Source: a virus (Duplodnaviria > Heunggongvirae > Uroviricota > Caudoviricetes). Taken from it: a stretch of 64,000 nucleotides of DNA. The stretch lies in the IMG/VR virus record IMGVR_UViG_3300029554_000003, positions 13,064 through 77,063 of that record; one strand, 5' to 3'. The notes under the pieces are model-generated. The model saw nothing but the letters and a program-made list of their open reading frames with translations, ran no database searches and was not told the DNA's origin. Shown here one piece after another: positions 62,601 to 64,000 of the stretch (position 1 is its first letter; every line of letters begins with the position of its first letter). The position numbers were made by a program, and so were the translations under genes.

Positions 62601-63998
62601 CGCAAAAGAACCAAGTTGCATTGAATCTAATGCTGTCTGCATTTTTGCAATTTCGTTTGTTTTAATCGAAGAGAAAAGATTTTCAAAATCTAATTTTGAT
62701 GCTTCTTTTAACTCAATAAAACTAGAAATCAGCTGCGGAACAGTCATAGAAAGATTCATTATAGTCTGTTCAACTTTTTCGCCAGTGGTTAAATCAGCAT
62801 TTGTCCATATAGAACCCAAATTTTGGAAAGATTGCCAAGCAAAACTAAGTTGTCCAATAGCTGCGGTAGCTTGAACAATATTTTGTACATCCATTTGTTT
62901 TTTCAGCGTGTCTTCAAGACCTTCATTTTGGCCTTTGACCCCTTCAAGCACTACATTAGCACCAGTAACTTTTTGGTTTCTACGAGTCAAATCTGAAGCA
63001 GAACCCACGGCAAGACGATTTTTAATTAACGCATCATTTGCCTTGTTTAAAGCACCTTCCGCTCCTTGATTTACTTCATTCATACTGCTTTGAAGCGTAT
63101 CTACAAGGCCAATAGCTTCACCTAGATTGTCAGAGTTCAAACCATTTTTTCTAACGGTGCTATTCGCAAGTGGAGACAATTGGCGCAGTGCTTGAATTAC
63201 TTTTTCTATTGGCTGTAGACAATCTGTAGCTTGCTCGTCTAAAACGGCAAAAATAGAATCTTTACCATAGATACTTTCTGTTATTCCATACGCTTTAAGC
63301 AATCTTTGAGAGTCTTTTAATATAACTTTTAGACTTGCTCGACCTTCTGTCATGATTTTCATTGGGTCAGAATCAGCACCAAGGGCTGCAATTTTATCAC
63401 GATGTTTTGGAATAGTTACTGAGCTAATACCAGAAGATTCATTTGCGATTCCTTGGAGTCTTTGCTTTGCTTCATTAGAAGAAATATTTTTATATAATTC
63501 TTCCCTACCAGCATTTACGTTATTATAATACTCTTGAGTACCTTTTGCTTGAAGAACTCCATTTTCGTCTCTTAAAAGCTGAATATATTCTTTATATTCA
63601 CCAGTCGCAGCACCAATAGCCATATTAGTTTCATTAACAGCTTCACGAAGTTTAGCTTCTGCATCAGTCACGCCATTAATCGCGTGGCTTGTATCAATAA
63701 GTAATTTATTATATTGTGTTTGCTGTTCATCACTCATGACTGATTGATATGTTGTTCCAACATCAATCATATCTTTTAACGGGTCTAAAGACTTATCGTC
63801 AATCTTTTGATAACCCATTGCATTAAGTTTTTCTTGTCTTACTTGAGCATTATTTTTCTTAATTTGTCCAAGAGAAAAATTCTGCGCCATAGCTGTTAAA
63901 CCATGAGCTATCTGTTTACTAAACACTCTTGAAGCCGTTGCACCAAGTAACGTAAGTGCGGCAGAACCGCCACCAATAGAATCAACTAATTTCTGCAT
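56655..63998 (-). CDS. Tape measure protein, 5' truncated by window edge
   Basis: >2447 aa helical; poly-Gly linkers; C-terminal GYDTGGYTG...LH.KE.VLN. Confidence 0.9.
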   Translation of the reverse strand: MQKLVDSIGGGSAALTLLGATASRVFSKQIAHGLTAMAQNFSLGQIKKNNAQVRQEKLNAMGYQKIDDKSLDPLKDMIDVGTTYQSVMSDEQQTQYNKLLIDTSHAINGVTDAEAKLREAVNETNMAIGAATGEYKEYIQLLRDENGVLQAKGTQEYYNNVNAGREELYKNISSNEAKQRLQGIANESSGISSVTIPKHRDKIAALGADSDPMKIMTEGRASLKVILKDSQRLLKAYGITESIYGKDSIFAVLDEQATDCLQPIEKVIQALRQLSPLANSTVRKNGLNSDNLGEAIGLVDTLQSSMNEVNQGAEGALNKANDALIKNRLAVGSASDLTRRNQKVTGANVVLEGVKGQNEGLEDTLKKQMDVQNIVQATAAIGQLSFAWQSFQNLGSIWTNADLTTGEKVEQTIMNLSMTVPQLISSFIELKEASKLDFENLFSSIKTNEIAKMQTALDSMQLGSFANGLTATTIKFKAFGAGAKIASAGLQVFKALIEGLSSPLGMATIGIAAAGGALLNFLHQKNQAARDKQVETYTNTQQTASVDTSSFDAAYASYKQTGEVTDELKNSTDTLINSLDIAGGKALENSGDFDTLAEKINKASTASKELAASQGKQALTALDKGASTYTPFVNNAARIAYENDFLSSQAGLTTNWIGQDTSGLSIQEKIGNVTEASAKAQKEVDKYQKKLNSMSKDDVMYEHTKSKLDEAKQHVSDAQDYLNDENVANAKTIIDNMASAAEDGLNKSDFVNKSKKEIEDSLLDNEAIKAKYESLGKEAGQEYIDGLVSAMQGGKDDVQNSVMAGLSSDILIDNLESAAKSKSSMKDVLEDYQTAYQKNGGFTEDEAANIMVEHPEYVEFLQKVGNQYQLNQRAVEQWTQKTREQTAAMKEATGEAVNMSQANTDILAAYQNLSGNNLDLQQPLQEIQQLNDLLTNGTISNTDFLDRLNSGFDTLASKIDNAVNSGQKLSDVLNDDDISNFAQIMTNELYTGLQQANKQFKSGKMNVTQYAQTMSKAAKQSIKMEQATSGLTDEQVEQIENTEDISKLTNSMTKSQRKAANQIKNLSNQMKKLDAAADFNNFVTDNFKKINEVFDDTGKVAADATNEMGGIKAQYADTISGLASSMTTFYKTNADAAQNTAASIAATGAMTQEQAYAMLTTGQGLAEAMMANTEVAGAAMQGTMSETEGAVSDMASGISGIITDIMAMFGAIDGDVTSSVDDAGSEKKEITSTDTEKGTTDHVGYVTVPKFKMHIKGSDNSGGGGGARKNSTATGRTKTAKNGAVMEQYYNKNTGKTYWAAANAGSQASVKEHSKQLAKGLSSLFGSSTPSLKNWAPSGVGGAASPSNFGLPSSGSGGGGGGGGGGGSSFTPDTKEALDDEIDRYERVNTLLDAIANDYERINKEQERLTGDKLVENLSKQTSLLKRQIDLQKEKLSIQNDEMNELQSKLSGYGIQFDAEGYISNYAKIHQGLIDNVNNLIGQYNAAGTEEAQDAINDQIDAANDNLDKFKTLYQRYDTLISSDLRDTIQQIEDLNDEIEDLRINIFKTQIEALDNLKDIQESLVDFDRAFNRGIKLTPYQEAADNVAKLGKYFDVATMSVDEYYDNLIKKQEDAANAAGTSDAYKKWSAGRVDELKAAKQRALNGDKSVDYYGTGYFDMSMKNLTDINAQMKQFEETGKSDIFGENSADLYDVAKTVYEQAAGLAQDYWSLIENLHDNVMDMIDDISDKMDRRKDQYEAITDELEHWLDITEMLHGEESYDDLNTILGAQQNNYKAQLNELMQQRDIWKDMLGSMKEGSEEWNEVSDKIKDATSDINDLIQNSLENLQKQYSNTVSKITKAWGTKAVGTDLDWMNTQWELINRNADYYLDDVNKSYNIQKLQSKYLDLLDGSNDLAIQQKISAQMKEQLEYLRDKTKLSEYDVNYANAQLEILQKQIALEEAQRNKSQMKLRRDTQGNYSYVYTANDDNVRSAQSDLLDAQNNAYNMSKDQMKQTQADSLSALQDAQSTVNDIWNNANLSLEEKTKRTQAIIDSLKEYLAGTSEQLSTSQKNIINDFIGMCDMLTGENKDNLQDVYDQIVNGSTDAFDQIDTRWSTSLTSWLQNMDQFKADTDKMLGDLTQAGKDYADGTKTIADLAKTNFDDISNSISGTTDKTKELADSTKEFVNILKDVSGEVKKTESTMTDYANRITDANNNMQAFKQLADETANKLSKKEQENANLSEALKQAEQKNYNYEHYGNANGPSSGGGGGGAGANEDTAWGIAKAIWTYGWASGWGNDPVRSSKLTGAYGTAFARHVQDIINQYSRSGKLVDYGSMKYSSKNLIGYDTGGYTGSWSDKTADAKNGKLAVLHQKELVLNATDTQNILAAVESVRSFADSLKSTSLAQSLSTALGAVSGARANNASETIDQNVHITAEFPAANSAAEIESALMSLNDRAVQYAYKFR

Positions 63999-64000
63999 TA

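Noticed and set aside
1423..62874. Many short antisense or overlapping ORFs in the track
   Set aside because: Shadows of well-supported genes with no recognisable motifs.
1..64000. tRNA genes, CRISPR arrays, integrase, IS elements
   Set aside because: None recognised by eye; intergenic gaps are short and explained by other features.

Overview
A 64 kb segment of a large, AT-rich tailed-phage genome, probably a gut phage of a Gram-positive anaerobe (anaerobic RNR, sigmaA-type promoters, amidase endolysin). Two arms converge on a bidirectional terminator at about 23.43 kb. The + arm (1-23.4 kb) covers replication and nucleotide metabolism: GIY-YIG protein, ThyX, SSB, AAA ATPase, DnaB helicase, primase, RecJ, DnaE, Gmk-like kinase, radical SAM, NrdDG, dUTPase, FolD and RuvC. 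The helicase and DnaE are each split by a group I intron whose splice sites I could map; the dnaE intron carries a GIY-YIG homing endonuclease. The - arm (23.4-64 kb) covers tail and lysis: tape measure, baseplate, many fibre genes, holins, endolysin and a five-gene cassette of unknown function. Best candidate for a new system: three stand-alone gp10-C-like fibre-tip genes whose ribosome-binding sites sit in anti-SD hairpins. Two are preceded by short leader ORFs with G-tracts; one G9 leader is out of frame and one interrupted-tract leader is in frame, suggesting phase-variable translational coupling that selects the receptor-binding tip. Also notable: a fixed-spacing GGGCA-N25-TTTTnAnnT intergenic motif in 7 copies, and plug/socket terminal motifs that follow gene order in the fibre genes. 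All assignments come from reading motifs by eye; no database search was run.
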